DNA from: Parcubacteria group bacterium Gr01-1014_30 | GTDB taxonomy: Bacteria > Patescibacteriota > Minisyncoccia > Minisyncoccales > 2-12-FULL-40-12 | Direction of reading: 5' to 3' | Length of the DNA: 64,000 bases | Assembly: GCA_007376185.1 (NCBI GenBank) | Contig: VMFS01000003.1 | Location: 89,983-153,982 of the forward strand | Shown: positions 41,922-51,020 of the stretch, one piece after another | How positions within the stretch are numbered: the stretch's first letter is position 1 | Layout of the letters: every line of letters starts with the position of its first letter | Notes under the pieces: model-generated | What the model saw: only the letters and a program-made list of their open reading frames with translations | What the model was told of the DNA's origin: nothing | Databases searched by the model: none | Translations under genes and position numbers: made by a program

Positions 41922-42596
41922 ATGAAACCTCTAATCGTAGGAAATTGGAAAATGAATCCCGATTCGCCGGGCCGAGCGGTTTTGCTCGCCAAGAAAGTTG
42001 AACTCGGCATTGCCAAAATTAAGGGAGCAAACATTGTCATCGCGCCTCCTTTTCCTTTTCTTTTGCCCGTTGGCAAGGTTTTGAAAAGGGCGCGCCTCGG
42101 CGCGCAAGATTTATTCTGGGAAGCCGAAGGCGCTTTTACAGGCGAGGTTTCCTGGCATCAATTGAAACACTTGAGAGTTGAATACGTTATAATTGGGCAC
42201 TCGGAAAGGCGTGCCCTTGGTGAAAGCGACGAGATGGTAAACAAAAAAATAAAAGCCGCTCTACAGGCCGGTTTAAAACCGGTTGTCTGCATCGCGAATG
42301 CTATCCAGTTAAAAAAAGCGTTAAAGACCATTCAAGAGTCAAGAGTCAAGACTCAAGATTCTATTCTGGCTTTTGAGCCGTTATCTGCCATTGGCACGGG
42401 CAAACCCTACGACGTTGGAGCTTCAAAGAGAATGCGAAACGCAATAAAATACCCTTTTGTTTTGTACGGAGGCAGCGTTAACTCAAAGAACGCGCCAGAT
42501 TACGTCAAGAAAGCCGGCTTTCAGGGTTTTTTGGTTGGGGGCGCTTCTTTGAAAGCTGGGGAGTTTGTTAAAATAGTTCAGAAAATATGTCAATAA
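41922..42596 (+). CDS. tpiA: Triosephosphate isomerase
   Basis: GNWKMN, IIGHSERR and AFEPLSAIGTG motifs. Confidence 0.85.
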   Translation: MKPLIVGNWKMNPDSPGRAVLLAKKVELGIAKIKGANIVIAPPFPFLLPVGKVLKRARLGAQDLFWEAEGAFTGEVSWHQLKHLRVEYVIIGHSERRALGESDEMVNKKIKAALQAGLKPVVCIANAIQLKKALKTIQESRVKTQDSILAFEPLSAIGTGKPYDVGASKRMRNAIKYPFVLYGGSVNSKNAPDYVKKAGFQGFLVGGASLKAGEFVKIVQKICQ

Positions 42597-42997
42597 TCAT
42601 AGTGGCGGCTTCCTTTCACAAGGACATAGCTGAAGAAATGATAGAGGCCGCAACGTTGGAGCTTGAGGGTCGGGGCAAAAAAGTGGGAGTAAAAAAAGTG
42701 GCTGGTTGTTACGAGGCGCCTCTTGTTGTTGAAAGAGTTATGGCTGACAAAGATACCGAGGCGGTTGTGGTTTTGGGTTATATTGAAAAAGGCCAAACAA
42801 TGCACGGAGAGGTTATGGGGCACGTTGTGCACAAAGCCCTAATTGACCTCCAGCTGAAACATTCAAAGCCCGTTGGCATGGGAATTATTGGGCCCGGAGC
42901 TACCAAAGAGCAGGCGCAAGCGCGAGCAAAGGACTATGCCGCCAAGGCCGCGAAAGCCGCGCTGGAAAACCTCGCCATCATTAAAGATGAAGTTTAA
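42587..42997 (+). CDS. ribH: 6,7-dimethyl-8-ribityllumazine synthase
   Basis: 136 aa. VAGCYEAPLV corresponds to the VPGAFE(I/L)P motif. Sits next to other rib genes. Confidence 0.7.
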   Translation: MSIIIVAASFHKDIAEEMIEAATLELEGRGKKVGVKKVAGCYEAPLVVERVMADKDTEAVVVLGYIEKGQTMHGEVMGHVVHKALIDLQLKHSKPVGMGIIGPGATKEQAQARAKDYAAKAAKAALENLAIIKDEV

Positions 42998-43385
42998 GGG
43001 CGTTGTCGTGAAAGGCAAGGGGCGAGGTGCAAAAATGGGCTTTCCCACCATTAACTTGGATTGGGATAAGGCTACCTTAGCACGCTCGCCAGAAGGGGTT
43101 TTTACGGCTTTGGTAAAAGTTGGAAAAATGGTTCTGCCCTCGGTTGGATTTCTGGGAGCCGCTGAAACATTCCTTGAGAAAGAAAAAAGAGTTGAAGCCC
43201 ATATTTTGGACTTTAACGAAAACATCGTTGGCAGAAAAGTTGAAATTTTATTCTTGAAGCGCCTCCGCGGCAACAAAAAGTTCAAAACCACAAAAGATCT
43301 AGCAGCTCAAATGAGAAAAGACGAACTCTTGGCGCGCGAATTTTTCCATGTTTACGGGAATAGTCAAAGCAATCGCAGAGGTTGA
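42987..43385 (+). CDS. Riboflavin kinase domain protein
   Basis: GVVVKGKGRGAKMGFPTINL motif. ATG 42987 overlaps the ribH end. Confidence 0.7.
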   Translation: MKFKGVVVKGKGRGAKMGFPTINLDWDKATLARSPEGVFTALVKVGKMVLPSVGFLGAAETFLEKEKRVEAHILDFNENIVGRKVEILFLKRLRGNKKFKTTKDLAAQMRKDELLAREFFHVYGNSQSNRRG

Positions 43386-43917
43386 AAAAGCCGAGAAAAG
43401 ACGCGGCTCTCTTTTTCTTTACATAAAGAAGCCTAGAGCATGGCGCTTTGGGCTTGGAGAGTCAGTTTTGGTGAACGGTGTTTGTTTGACGGCAAAAAAA
43501 ATCGGAAAAGCAAGTTTTGTGACTGAGTTTATGTCGGAAACTTTAAGCAGGACGACTTTTGGCAGAGAGATTCCAAGACGAGTGAACCTTGAAAAGCCCT
43601 TGACTCTAAAGGACCCCCTTGGCGGGCACATAGTTTTGGGTCATGTTGACGCCGTGGGAAAGATAATTAAGATTAAGTCCGAGTTTTCCGAAAAAAAGTA
43701 TTTTTTTTCTTTCCCGAAAAAATATTCGCGCTTAGTTGTTGAAAAGGGTTCAATAGCCGTTGACGGAGTTTCTCTGACTGTTGCCGGTCGCTCAAAGGTG
43801 AACTTTAGCTGTTCTCTCTTGGATTACACTTTAAAGCTAACTATTTTGGGGCAAAAGCGGGTAGGCGATATTGTCAACATTGAGTTTGACATATTAGCCA
43901 AGTACTTGTTAGGATAA
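43348..43917 (+). CDS. ribE: Riboflavin synthase alpha chain
   Basis: MFTGIV start. Two lumazine-binding repeats (VNGVCLT, VDGVSLT). Confidence 0.85.
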   Translation: MFTGIVKAIAEVEKAEKRRGSLFLYIKKPRAWRFGLGESVLVNGVCLTAKKIGKASFVTEFMSETLSRTTFGREIPRRVNLEKPLTLKDPLGGHIVLGHVDAVGKIIKIKSEFSEKKYFFSFPKKYSRLVVEKGSIAVDGVSLTVAGRSKVNFSCSLLDYTLKLTILGQKRVGDIVNIEFDILAKYLLG

Positions 43918-43926
43918 ACTAACTAA

Positions 43927-45525
43927 ATGGCTAAAAAGAGACGAAAAACCGTTAGAAAAAAGAAGACTCGCGCCAACCTGAAGAATAAGGCGAAAAAGAT
44001 AAAACAGCCAAAACCCGCGCTAAAAGAAGCGGTTGATGAGGTTAACCCCGTTAGAAAGAAAATTAGTCATCACAGGATGGGGAAAATGAAACATACGGAG
44101 CGGTTGTCAAGCGAGCTTTCTAACGGGGTTAAAAAGACCAGAATCAGGGTTGTTGGTGTTGGCGGGGGCGCCGGAAACATTGTGTCGGAGCTTGCTTCGC
44201 GGCTAAAGAAAGCGTCTTTCGCTGTTGCCAACACCGACCGCCAGGCGTTAAGGCAGTTGCGTAAAAACGTTTTCACCCTCCAATTTGGTCAAAATCTCAC
44301 TCACGGTTTGGGCACCGGCATGAACGCGGAACTGGCTTGGTCAGCCGCCTTCGAGGAAAAAGAACGTTTAAAAAAACTCTTTGAAGGGTATGATTTGTGC
44401 ATCTTGATATCCTGCCTTGGAGGCGGCACGGGTTCTGGAGCGGCTCCAGTGCTTGCCAATTTAGCCAAGAAGGCAGGCTCTTTGACTTTGGGTGTGTTTA
44501 CTTTGCCTTTTAAGTTTGAGGGAGAGAAAAAAGAAGAGCAGGCAAAAGAAGCTTTGCAGAAACTGAAAGGAAGCGTCAACGCCATAGCTATTTTGCCAAA
44601 CGACAGGATTTTTCAGACGATTGAGAAAAGCACCCCTTTGCAGGAAGCTCTGTCTTTCATAAATAAAAACTTGGCCGACGCGTTGGAAGGATTGATTGAG
44701 ACGATTTATCTTCCCGGATTAATCAACATTGACTTTGCCGACTTGCAGACGATTTTACAGGGTCGGGGCAAAGTTGCCTACTTAAACACTGCAAAAGTGC
44801 AGGGTCCTGGAGGAGCATCCGAAGCGGTAGAGAAAGTTCTTAACTCCCCTTTGTACCCATACACAATAAAAGGCGCCAGACGTGTGCTGTTTAACATTAC
44901 GGGCGGCAGAGAGCTGGCGCTCTCAGACGTTTCTGAAATTTCGCGGCTTATCTTTGAGCAGGTTTTTTCACAAGCCCAGATTATTTTTGGCGTAACCCAA
45001 GGGCAAAAATCTTCAGACTGGCTTAGAGTTTCTCTTTTGGCAACGGGGTGTCAGGCAAAGGGGGTAGTAGAACCCCTGGAGGAGGTTCACTACCTCCCAG
45101 GGATTTTTTCCAAAAGGGGAGGGCGTGGGACGCAGGCCAAAGCGAAGCCAAGAGCGAGAAAGAAAAAGAAACCAAGACCTAGACCAAAGTCCCGTAATAC
45201 AACTCTCGGTGCGCTCCGTCCCGTAGAATCACCCGCAGGGAGCTCTACGGGGTTCCGCGCGAAATCGCCCAAGGGCGCCCGAAAGATGATATACGGGGCA
45301 AAGCCGTCAAAACCGCAAAAGCAAAAGCCGAAACCTAAGGCGAAGCGCAAACCAAAACCCAAACCCAGGAAAATCAAACTCACGGTCGAGGAAGAAAAAG
45401 CTGAGGACAAAGTGAGGAAAAGCGCTTTGCAGGTGAAGGAAGAAAAGGAGGTGGCGGAAAAAGAGTTTCTGGAAAAGGAGAAATTTTGGGAAATCCCGGC
45501 TTTTTTAAGAAAACAAAAGACATAG
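43927..45525 (+). CDS. ftsZ: Cell division protein FtsZ with long basic N- and C-terminal extensions
   Basis: VVGVGGGAGN and GGGTGSGAAPVLA tubulin signature. K/P-rich tail. Confidence 0.9.
   Translation: MAKKRRKTVRKKKTRANLKNKAKKIKQPKPALKEAVDEVNPVRKKISHHRMGKMKHTERLSSELSNGVKKTRIRVVGVGGGAGNIVSELASRLKKASFAVANTDRQALRQLRKNVFTLQFGQNLTHGLGTGMNAELAWSAAFEEKERLKKLFEGYDLCILISCLGGGTGSGAAPVLANLAKKAGSLTLGVFTLPFKFEGEKKEEQAKEALQKLKGSVNAIAILPNDRIFQTIEKSTPLQEALSFINKNLADALEGLIETIYLPGLINIDFADLQTILQGRGKVAYLNTAKVQGPGGASEAVEKVLNSPLYPYTIKGARRVLFNITGGRELALSDVSEISRLIFEQVFSQAQIIFGVTQGQKSSDWLRVSLLATGCQAKGVVEPLEEVHYLPGIFSKRGGRGTQAKAKPRARKKKKPRPRPKSRNTTLGALRPVESPAGSSTGFRAKSPKGARKMIYGAKPSKPQKQKPKPKAKRKPKPKPRKIKLTVEEEKAEDKVRKSALQVKEEKEVAEKEFLEKEKFWEIPAFLRKQKT
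44046..44128. repeat. Palindromic element, family 1, inside the ftsZ N-terminal extension
   Basis: CCCCGTTAGAAAG...CTTTCTAACGGGG. TTAA on both flanks (44042-44045, 44129-44132). Confidence 0.7.
45190..45298. repeat. Palindromic element, family 2, inside the ftsZ C-terminal tail
   Basis: TCCCGTAATACAAC...GATGATATACGGGG. CAAAG on both flanks (45185-45189, 45299-45303). Confidence 0.65.
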
Positions 45526-45526
45526 A

Positions 45527-45660
45527 AGTTAATGGTTTAGCGTTAAGCGTTTAGCGAAGCCCGTATCGTGAGGCGTCAAAGGTTTAGCGCAAAAGACGCT
45601 AAACGTTAAACTCTTAACGAAACGGGTATCGCTAACCCATAAACGCTAAACGAAACTAAC
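45527..45660. repeat. TAAACG/CGTTTAGCG-rich palindromic element, copy 2
   Basis: Shares its blocks with 21078-21210. Fills the whole ftsZ-nnr intergenic space. Confidence 0.6.
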
Positions 45661-46524
45661 ATGAAGGAAGTATCAAAATCAATTCTAAAAGAGATTTACA
45701 AAAAGAGGCCGCCTGACGCCAAAAAGTACGACTATGGTCTTTTAACCGTGATTGGGGGCTCTGACTTTTATTCCGGCTCACCGGCCTTGGCCGGTCTTGC
45801 GGCTTTCCGCGCCGGAGTTGACATGGTAAGGATTATCGCGCCAAAAAGAGCAGCCGACATTATCGCTTCTTTTTCGCCCAACTTGGCTTCATATCCTTTA
45901 AAAGACGGCTTTCTGACAAAAGACCACTTGGCGACCTTATTGACAATGACCGAGTCGGCCAAAGCCGTTTCAAACGGGAGAACCGCCGTGGTTATTGGCG
46001 GCGGTTTGGGGCGTTCTGAAGCCACGCAGGCAGCGATTCTGGAGTTTCTTTCTCAAGTTTCAGTTCCGGTTGTCATTGACGCGGACGCTATTCATGCCTT
46101 GGCCAGAAAACCAGAAGTCGTTTCGGCAAAGCCGTTCTTAATCACTCCCCACACTTACGAGTTTTTCATTTTGACAAAAAGAAAAGTTCGCAAACTGCCG
46201 GATGAAGAAAAGATAAAAGCTGTTCAGGAAGAAGCCGCTCGTTTGGGAACGACTATTTTATTAAAGGGACACGTTGACATAATCTCTGACGGGCAGGACG
46301 TTGCTCAAAACAAAGCAGGCAGTCCTTATTTAACCGTTGGCGGAACCGGCGACACTTTGGCCGGAATTTGCGGGGCTTTGTTGGCGCGCGGCGCAGATCC
46401 TTTTTTGGCCGCGCAAGCAGGCGCCTTTATAAATGGTGCATCGGGCGAGAAAGCCGCCAAAAAACTCGGCGAGTCAATGACCGCCACCGACTTGACTGAA
46501 GCAATCCCGGAAATTATCGCGTGA
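45661..46524 (+). CDS. nnrD: ADP-dependent NAD(P)H-hydrate dehydratase (YjeF C-terminal type)
   Basis: Carbohydrate-kinase fold. GGGLG and GGTGDTLAG motifs. Confidence 0.8.
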   Translation: MKEVSKSILKEIYKKRPPDAKKYDYGLLTVIGGSDFYSGSPALAGLAAFRAGVDMVRIIAPKRAADIIASFSPNLASYPLKDGFLTKDHLATLLTMTESAKAVSNGRTAVVIGGGLGRSEATQAAILEFLSQVSVPVVIDADAIHALARKPEVVSAKPFLITPHTYEFFILTKRKVRKLPDEEKIKAVQEEAARLGTTILLKGHVDIISDGQDVAQNKAGSPYLTVGGTGDTLAGICGALLARGADPFLAAQAGAFINGASGEKAAKKLGESMTATDLTEAIPEIIA

Positions 46525-46638
46525 CCCCCACACCTACTCCACTGAAAATTTGAGGTAACTCAAGTACGTAAGGCGAAGCCGCCTATCGGCTTGATTATTA
46601 TTTATTACCACAAGTCCTCGCAAGAGTAGGTGTGGGGG
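46525..46638. repeat. Palindromic element, family 3
   Basis: CCCCCACACCTACTC...GAGTAGGTGTGGGGG. Starts right after the nnrD stop (GTGA). Its right end abuts TTGACA-17-TATAAT. Confidence 0.7.
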
Positions 46639-46717
46639 TTGACAGGCGCCAGCGATATATATATAATAAAGCTATCGGTTTGCGAATTGCTGTTTAAAAA
46701 AAGAAAAGGAGGAAGCA

Positions 46718-46984
46718 ATGGCGACGATACTGGCGATAGAGACACGTAAGACACGTAAGACACGTAAGGTTGAGAAGGGAACCTTAATTGTGGGCGATTT
46801 GCGTACGAAGACTGTTATAATTAGGGACGAGCACGGCAACAAACTTTCCGACGAACCTTACTTTGAGTGGTTAACGGAAGACCACTTTGTCGGCTTGGCT
46901 CTGTTTATTGCCGAGACGCACGGTCTCAATGTTAAGTCAGTCGAATCTTCCGATGAGGAAGTTTTGATGTTCCGCTTCGTTTAG
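46718..46984 (+). CDS. Small hypothetical protein with a TRK tandem repeat
   Basis: 88 aa. Own promoter and AAGGAGG RBS. 3x GACACGTAA (46742-46768). A hairpin terminator follows at ~47006-47028. Confidence 0.45.
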   Translation: MATILAIETRKTRKTRKVEKGTLIVGDLRTKTVIIRDEHGNKLSDEPYFEWLTEDHFVGLALFIAETHGLNVKSVESSDEEVLMFRFV

Positions 46985-47068
46985 TTTTACTCCATTTTGC
47001 ACACTGCGGCAGGATTTTCCTGCCGCTTATTCATTTGGGTCGGGCATCTTTTTTGCTATAATGATTAA

Positions 47069-48223
47069 ATGTCATTTGACTCTGTTGTAAAAAAGGTAAG
47101 AGCTAAGCAGATTCTTGATTCAAGGGGGAAAAAGACGGTTGAGGTACAACTGACAACCGGCTTGGGAAAGTTTTTGGCTTCTTGCCCTTCAGGCACCTCT
47201 ACTGGTAAGTACGAAGCCAGGACCGTGGAAGTTAAAGAAGCCCTTGAAAATATAAACCGTATTATTGCTCCTGTTCTTCTGGGCAAATCGGCAGCTAACC
47301 AAAAGGAAGTTGACAAGGCGCTTGATAAAAAACTGGGCGCCAACGCGACTTTGCCTGTTTCCATTGCGGTTTCAAGAGCCGGAGCGAAAGCGAAAAATAT
47401 TCCGCTTTGGAAATATATTTCTAGAATCGCCCGAACAAAATCCCAGTTCCCAAAGCCGGCTGTTCTGCTGATTGAAGGGGGATTGCACGGGAAAACAGAA
47501 CTTGACATTCAGGAATTTATGATGATTCCGGAAGGAAGAACATTTCGCGAGCAGTTTTCAACGGGCAAAAAAATATACGAAAAGTTAAAGAAAATTTTAA
47601 GGAACAAGTTCGGCAAGAAGGGAGTTGTAACCGGCCTGGAAGGCGCTTTCAACCCTCCGATTTCAGATGTAAGAGCGGCGCTTGATTTGATAATGGCCTC
47701 GGCCAGGGGCTATAATGTAAAAGTCGGCTTGGATTACGCCGCTTCAAATATAAAGAAGGGGAAATATAATATCGCTTTTTACCAAAAACTGGTTAGAGAT
47801 TACCCAATTTTATTTCTGGAGGATCCTTTCGGCGAAGAAGATTGGAATAAATGGGAAGAACTAAACTACAAACTAAAAACTACCAACTACAAACTTTTAG
47901 TTGTTGGCGATGATCTGACCGTAACGAATTCTAAAAGAATTAGAATGGCTCACAGAAAAATGGCCTGCAACGCTGTAATCATTAAGCCAAATCAAATCGG
48001 CACGGTTTCAGAAACGATTGAGGCCTCATTGTTAGCAAAAAGTTACGGCTGGAAAACGATTGTTTCCCATCGCGCTGGTGAAACCAAAGACGATTTTATT
48101 GCCGACTTTGCAGTCGGCATTGGAGCGGATTTCATCAAGGCTGGAGCGCCTTCGCAGAAAGAAAGAATGGCAAAATATAATAGATTGTTGAGAATAGAAA
48201 AAGAACTTCGTTCGGCAATATAG
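47069..48223 (+). CDS. eno: Enolase (short form)
   Basis: SRGKKTVEV...PSGTSTGKYEA, IKPNQIGT and SHRAGETKD motifs. Confidence 0.9.
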   Translation: MSFDSVVKKVRAKQILDSRGKKTVEVQLTTGLGKFLASCPSGTSTGKYEARTVEVKEALENINRIIAPVLLGKSAANQKEVDKALDKKLGANATLPVSIAVSRAGAKAKNIPLWKYISRIARTKSQFPKPAVLLIEGGLHGKTELDIQEFMMIPEGRTFREQFSTGKKIYEKLKKILRNKFGKKGVVTGLEGAFNPPISDVRAALDLIMASARGYNVKVGLDYAASNIKKGKYNIAFYQKLVRDYPILFLEDPFGEEDWNKWEELNYKLKTTNYKLLVVGDDLTVTNSKRIRMAHRKMACNAVIIKPNQIGTVSETIEASLLAKSYGWKTIVSHRAGETKDDFIADFAVGIGADFIKAGAPSQKERMAKYNRLLRIEKELRSAI

Positions 48224-48393
48224 TGTTTAGCCACCGATAGTTCAAATCTCCAGCGAGATTTGAACTATCTGCATTCCCGAGTTTTCGCGAAGCGAAAACG
48301 AAGGGCGAGAGGAACCGAAGGTTCAGCGAGCTCGGCGGCTGATTCGCTTGTGGCGAAACCATGCTCATCCGCCTGCGAAAGCTGTCTGAAAAC
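48223..48393 (+). repeat. ~170-nt conserved structured element, copy 2 (upstream of the gpm-like gene)
   Basis: Aligns with 25066-25239. An outer stem GGCAATATA (48214-48222) / TATATTGCC (48394-48402) differs from copy 1 but is also complementary. Confidence 0.6.
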
Positions 48394-48411
48394 TATATTG
48401 CCTCACTCCTT

Positions 48412-49050
48412 ATGCCAAAACTCATCTTGTTGCGTCATCTTAAATCTCAGTGGAACAAAGAGAGCCGCTTTACGGGCTGGGTTGACATTCCTTTGGCAAA
48501 AGGGCAGCAGAAAAAAGTAAAAGAGATAGCCAAGAAAGTTTTTAAATTCAAGATAGACAGAATTTACACGTCCCCACTTTTCAGGAACGAGGATACGGTG
48601 GTAAAATTACTCCAATACGGCAAAAAGTATCCCGTTTTCGCGCACCTTGACGGAGGGAAGATGCAAAAATGGGCAACTTTTAAGCAAATTAACAAAGCTG
48701 GCGTTCCGGTTTTTGTTTCTCAAGCGCTCAACGAAAGACACTATGGCAGATTGCAGGGATTAAACAAAGAGCTTATGATGAAAAAATACGGCAAGGAAAA
48801 AGTCAGGGTTTGGCGAATAGGTTACGGGTCTAAACCGCCCGGCGGGGAAAGTTTGCGCCAGGTAGTTACAAGAACAACGCTTTTTTACAAGAAGTTTATC
48901 GCAAAGGATTTGAGGCAAGGCAAAAACGTTTTGGTTGTGGCAAGCCACCATTCCTTGCGCGCAATAGTCAAATATGTTGAAAAGATTTCAGACAAAGATA
49001 TAATAAACGTAGAGATACCCTACGGAGGCATTAAGATATACAACTCATGA
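48412..49050 (+). CDS. Histidine phosphatase family (dPGM-like phosphoglycerate mutase)
   Basis: LILLRHLKSQWNKESRFTGWVDIPL resembles RHGxSxWNxxNxFTGWxD. Later SHHSLRA. Confidence 0.7.
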   Translation: MPKLILLRHLKSQWNKESRFTGWVDIPLAKGQQKKVKEIAKKVFKFKIDRIYTSPLFRNEDTVVKLLQYGKKYPVFAHLDGGKMQKWATFKQINKAGVPVFVSQALNERHYGRLQGLNKELMMKKYGKEKVRVWRIGYGSKPPGGESLRQVVTRTTLFYKKFIAKDLRQGKNVLVVASHHSLRAIVKYVEKISDKDIINVEIPYGGIKIYNS

Positions 49051-49286
49051 AAATAGTTCGCATATATTCAACACCAACTTGCGTTTACTGCAATGCTTTG
49101 AAAAAGTTCCTTGGAGAACACCAGGTTGCCTTTGAAGACATAGACGTTTCCAGAGATCAAAAAGCGGCTCAAGAAATGGTTCAAAAGTCGGGCCAGCTGG
49201 GAGTGCCGGTGGTGGATATTGCTGGAGAGATAGTCGTTGGTTTTGACAAAAATAAAATAGCTCAACTGCTGAAAATAAATGATTAA
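49047..49286 (+). CDS. Glutaredoxin/NrdH-like small redoxin
   Basis: 79 aa. The CVYC active site follows the first beta strand. Confidence 0.8.
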   Translation: MKIVRIYSTPTCVYCNALKKFLGEHQVAFEDIDVSRDQKAAQEMVQKSGQLGVPVVDIAGEIVVGFDKNKIAQLLKIND

Positions 49287-50256
49287 ACTCGCCATTAACG
49301 GTTTTGGCAGGATTGGGCGGCCGGCTTTCAAGCGGATTACGGACAATCATCCCAACATTGAAGTGTCGGCGATTAACGACTTGACCGACCAAAAAACCTT
49401 GGCGCATCTGCTAAAGTACGACTCGGTCTACGGAATCTACCATAAATCTTTTGATAAGAAGACTCGGTTTTTTGCCGAAAAAGACCCGGAAAAACTTCCC
49501 TGGAAAGAATTGGACATTGACGTTGTTTTGGAGTGTTCCGGCGTATTTACCGACTACGAAGGAGGCCAAAAACACATAAAAGCCGGCGCGAAAAAAGTGA
49601 TAATTTCGGCTCCCTGCAAGTCAAGCCAAGTTCCCAGTTTTGTTTTGGGAGTGAACGCGCATGAGTACGACCCAAAAAAAGACAGCGTCGTTTCAATGGT
49701 TTCCTGCACAACCAATTGCCTGGCTCCGGTGGCTAAGGTTCTAAACGATAACTTCACAGTTGTTAAAGGTTTTATGAGCACCATACACTCTTACACAAAC
49801 GACCAGAAAATTCTGGATTTGCCACACAAGGATTTAAGAAGAGCCAGGGCAGCGGCTTTGAACATCATTCCGACCACAACAGGAGCCGCCAAAGCCATTG
49901 GTAGAGTTATTCCCGAACTGGAAGGGAAATTGGACGGCATTGCTTTCCGCGTGCCCACGGCCACGGTTTCGGTGCTGGATTTGTTCTGCCAGGTTGAAAA
50001 ACCGGTTACCGCCGAAGAGGTAAATTACGCTTTCAAGAAGGCCTCTCAAAAAAAAGAACTCAAAGGAATTTTGGGCATTGAAGACGCGCCCCTGGTTTCG
50101 TCTGACTACAGCGGCAACTCTTTCTCAGCCGTTGTTGACGCTGGCCTAACCATGGCAAGCGGCAACCTAGTTAAGGTAGTTGCCTGGTATGACAACGAAT
50201 TTGCTTACGCCTGCCGCCTTGCCGAGTTTGCCGAATACGTCGGCAAAAAGTTATAA
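49279..50256 (+). CDS. gap: Glyceraldehyde-3-phosphate dehydrogenase
   Basis: INGFGRIGR and SCTTNCLAP motifs. WYDNE near the C-terminus. Confidence 0.95.
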   Translation: MIKLAINGFGRIGRPAFKRITDNHPNIEVSAINDLTDQKTLAHLLKYDSVYGIYHKSFDKKTRFFAEKDPEKLPWKELDIDVVLECSGVFTDYEGGQKHIKAGAKKVIISAPCKSSQVPSFVLGVNAHEYDPKKDSVVSMVSCTTNCLAPVAKVLNDNFTVVKGFMSTIHSYTNDQKILDLPHKDLRRARAAALNIIPTTTGAAKAIGRVIPELEGKLDGIAFRVPTATVSVLDLFCQVEKPVTAEEVNYAFKKASQKKELKGILGIEDAPLVSSDYSGNSFSAVVDAGLTMASGNLVKVVAWYDNEFAYACRLAEFAEYVGKKL

Positions 50257-50287
50257 GTAGTAATTTATAGTTTCAAATCAAAGTTGA

Positions 50288-50650
50288 ATGATTAAATTTT
50301 TAGAACCACAAAGGCTTACGTGGCGACTGTTTTTCTGGTTAATCATTGTTGTCTCGGTTTTGTTAATTTTGTTTTACTACCTTCAAGATACTATATGGGC
50401 AAGCCGATCTTTAAGGTGGGCAGAAGTTGTGATTATTCTTGGAGCGTATTTACCGTTAAAATTCTTCAGTTTTCTAGGATTGCCAGTGTTGATGGAGGGT
50501 GATTGGTTTCCGTCAGGCCCAACCAATTTGGGTTATGGCTTGCTAATAATTTTTTATTTAATATTATTTTATTTAATTGCGAGTTTAGTTTCCTTGGTCA
50601 AAAATAGAAACCTCTTACGCCCCCGACCGTCCCGAAATTGTATACTGTGA
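50288..50650 (+). CDS. Hypothetical membrane protein
   Basis: 120 aa with 3-4 hydrophobic helices. No recognised motif. Confidence 0.35.
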   Translation: MIKFLEPQRLTWRLFFWLIIVVSVLLILFYYLQDTIWASRSLRWAEVVIILGAYLPLKFFSFLGLPVLMEGDWFPSGPTNLGYGLLIIFYLILFYLIASLVSLVKNRNLLRPRPSRNCIL

Positions 50651-50716
50651 GCAATGCTATCAGGCCGAGGTGGTGTAAATTGACACCCATTTCTTGTTGC
50701 GATACAATGGAAATAT

Positions 50717-50929
50717 ATGGCGAACAAAAAAGTTACAATTGAAGATTTAGCAAGAATGGTGAAGCGTGGTTTTGATGGAGTTGATAAACGGTTTGATAGA
50801 GTTGATAAGAAGTTGGAAAGGATGGAAAAACGATTGGAAGGTATAGTATATAGAACAGAGTTTGAAAAACTTGAGTTCAGGGTTAAAGAACTTGAGGATT
50901 TGCTTGCGGTTGGAAGCGGGAAGCGATAG
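50717..50929 (+). CDS. Small coiled-coil hypothetical protein
   Basis: 70 aa with heptad-like charged repeats. A TTGACA-17-GATACAAT-like promoter lies upstream. Confidence 0.35.
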   Translation: MANKKVTIEDLARMVKRGFDGVDKRFDRVDKKLERMEKRLEGIVYRTEFEKLEFRVKELEDLLAVGSGKR

Positions 50930-51020
50930 TTTTGTTTTCTAGAAAGCTTTTACTTCGCCGAGGTTCGTCTCGGCTTTTTGGTTGTCCATTTTGTTTTATT
51001 TGTACTTCTTGATATAATTT

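Noticed and set aside
46742-46768. Short tandem repeats (46742-46768, 42333-42360, 17674-17694) as possible CRISPR arrays.
   Set aside because: The units are 7-9 nt, directly adjacent with no spacers, and lie inside coding sequence. No cas genes are in the window.
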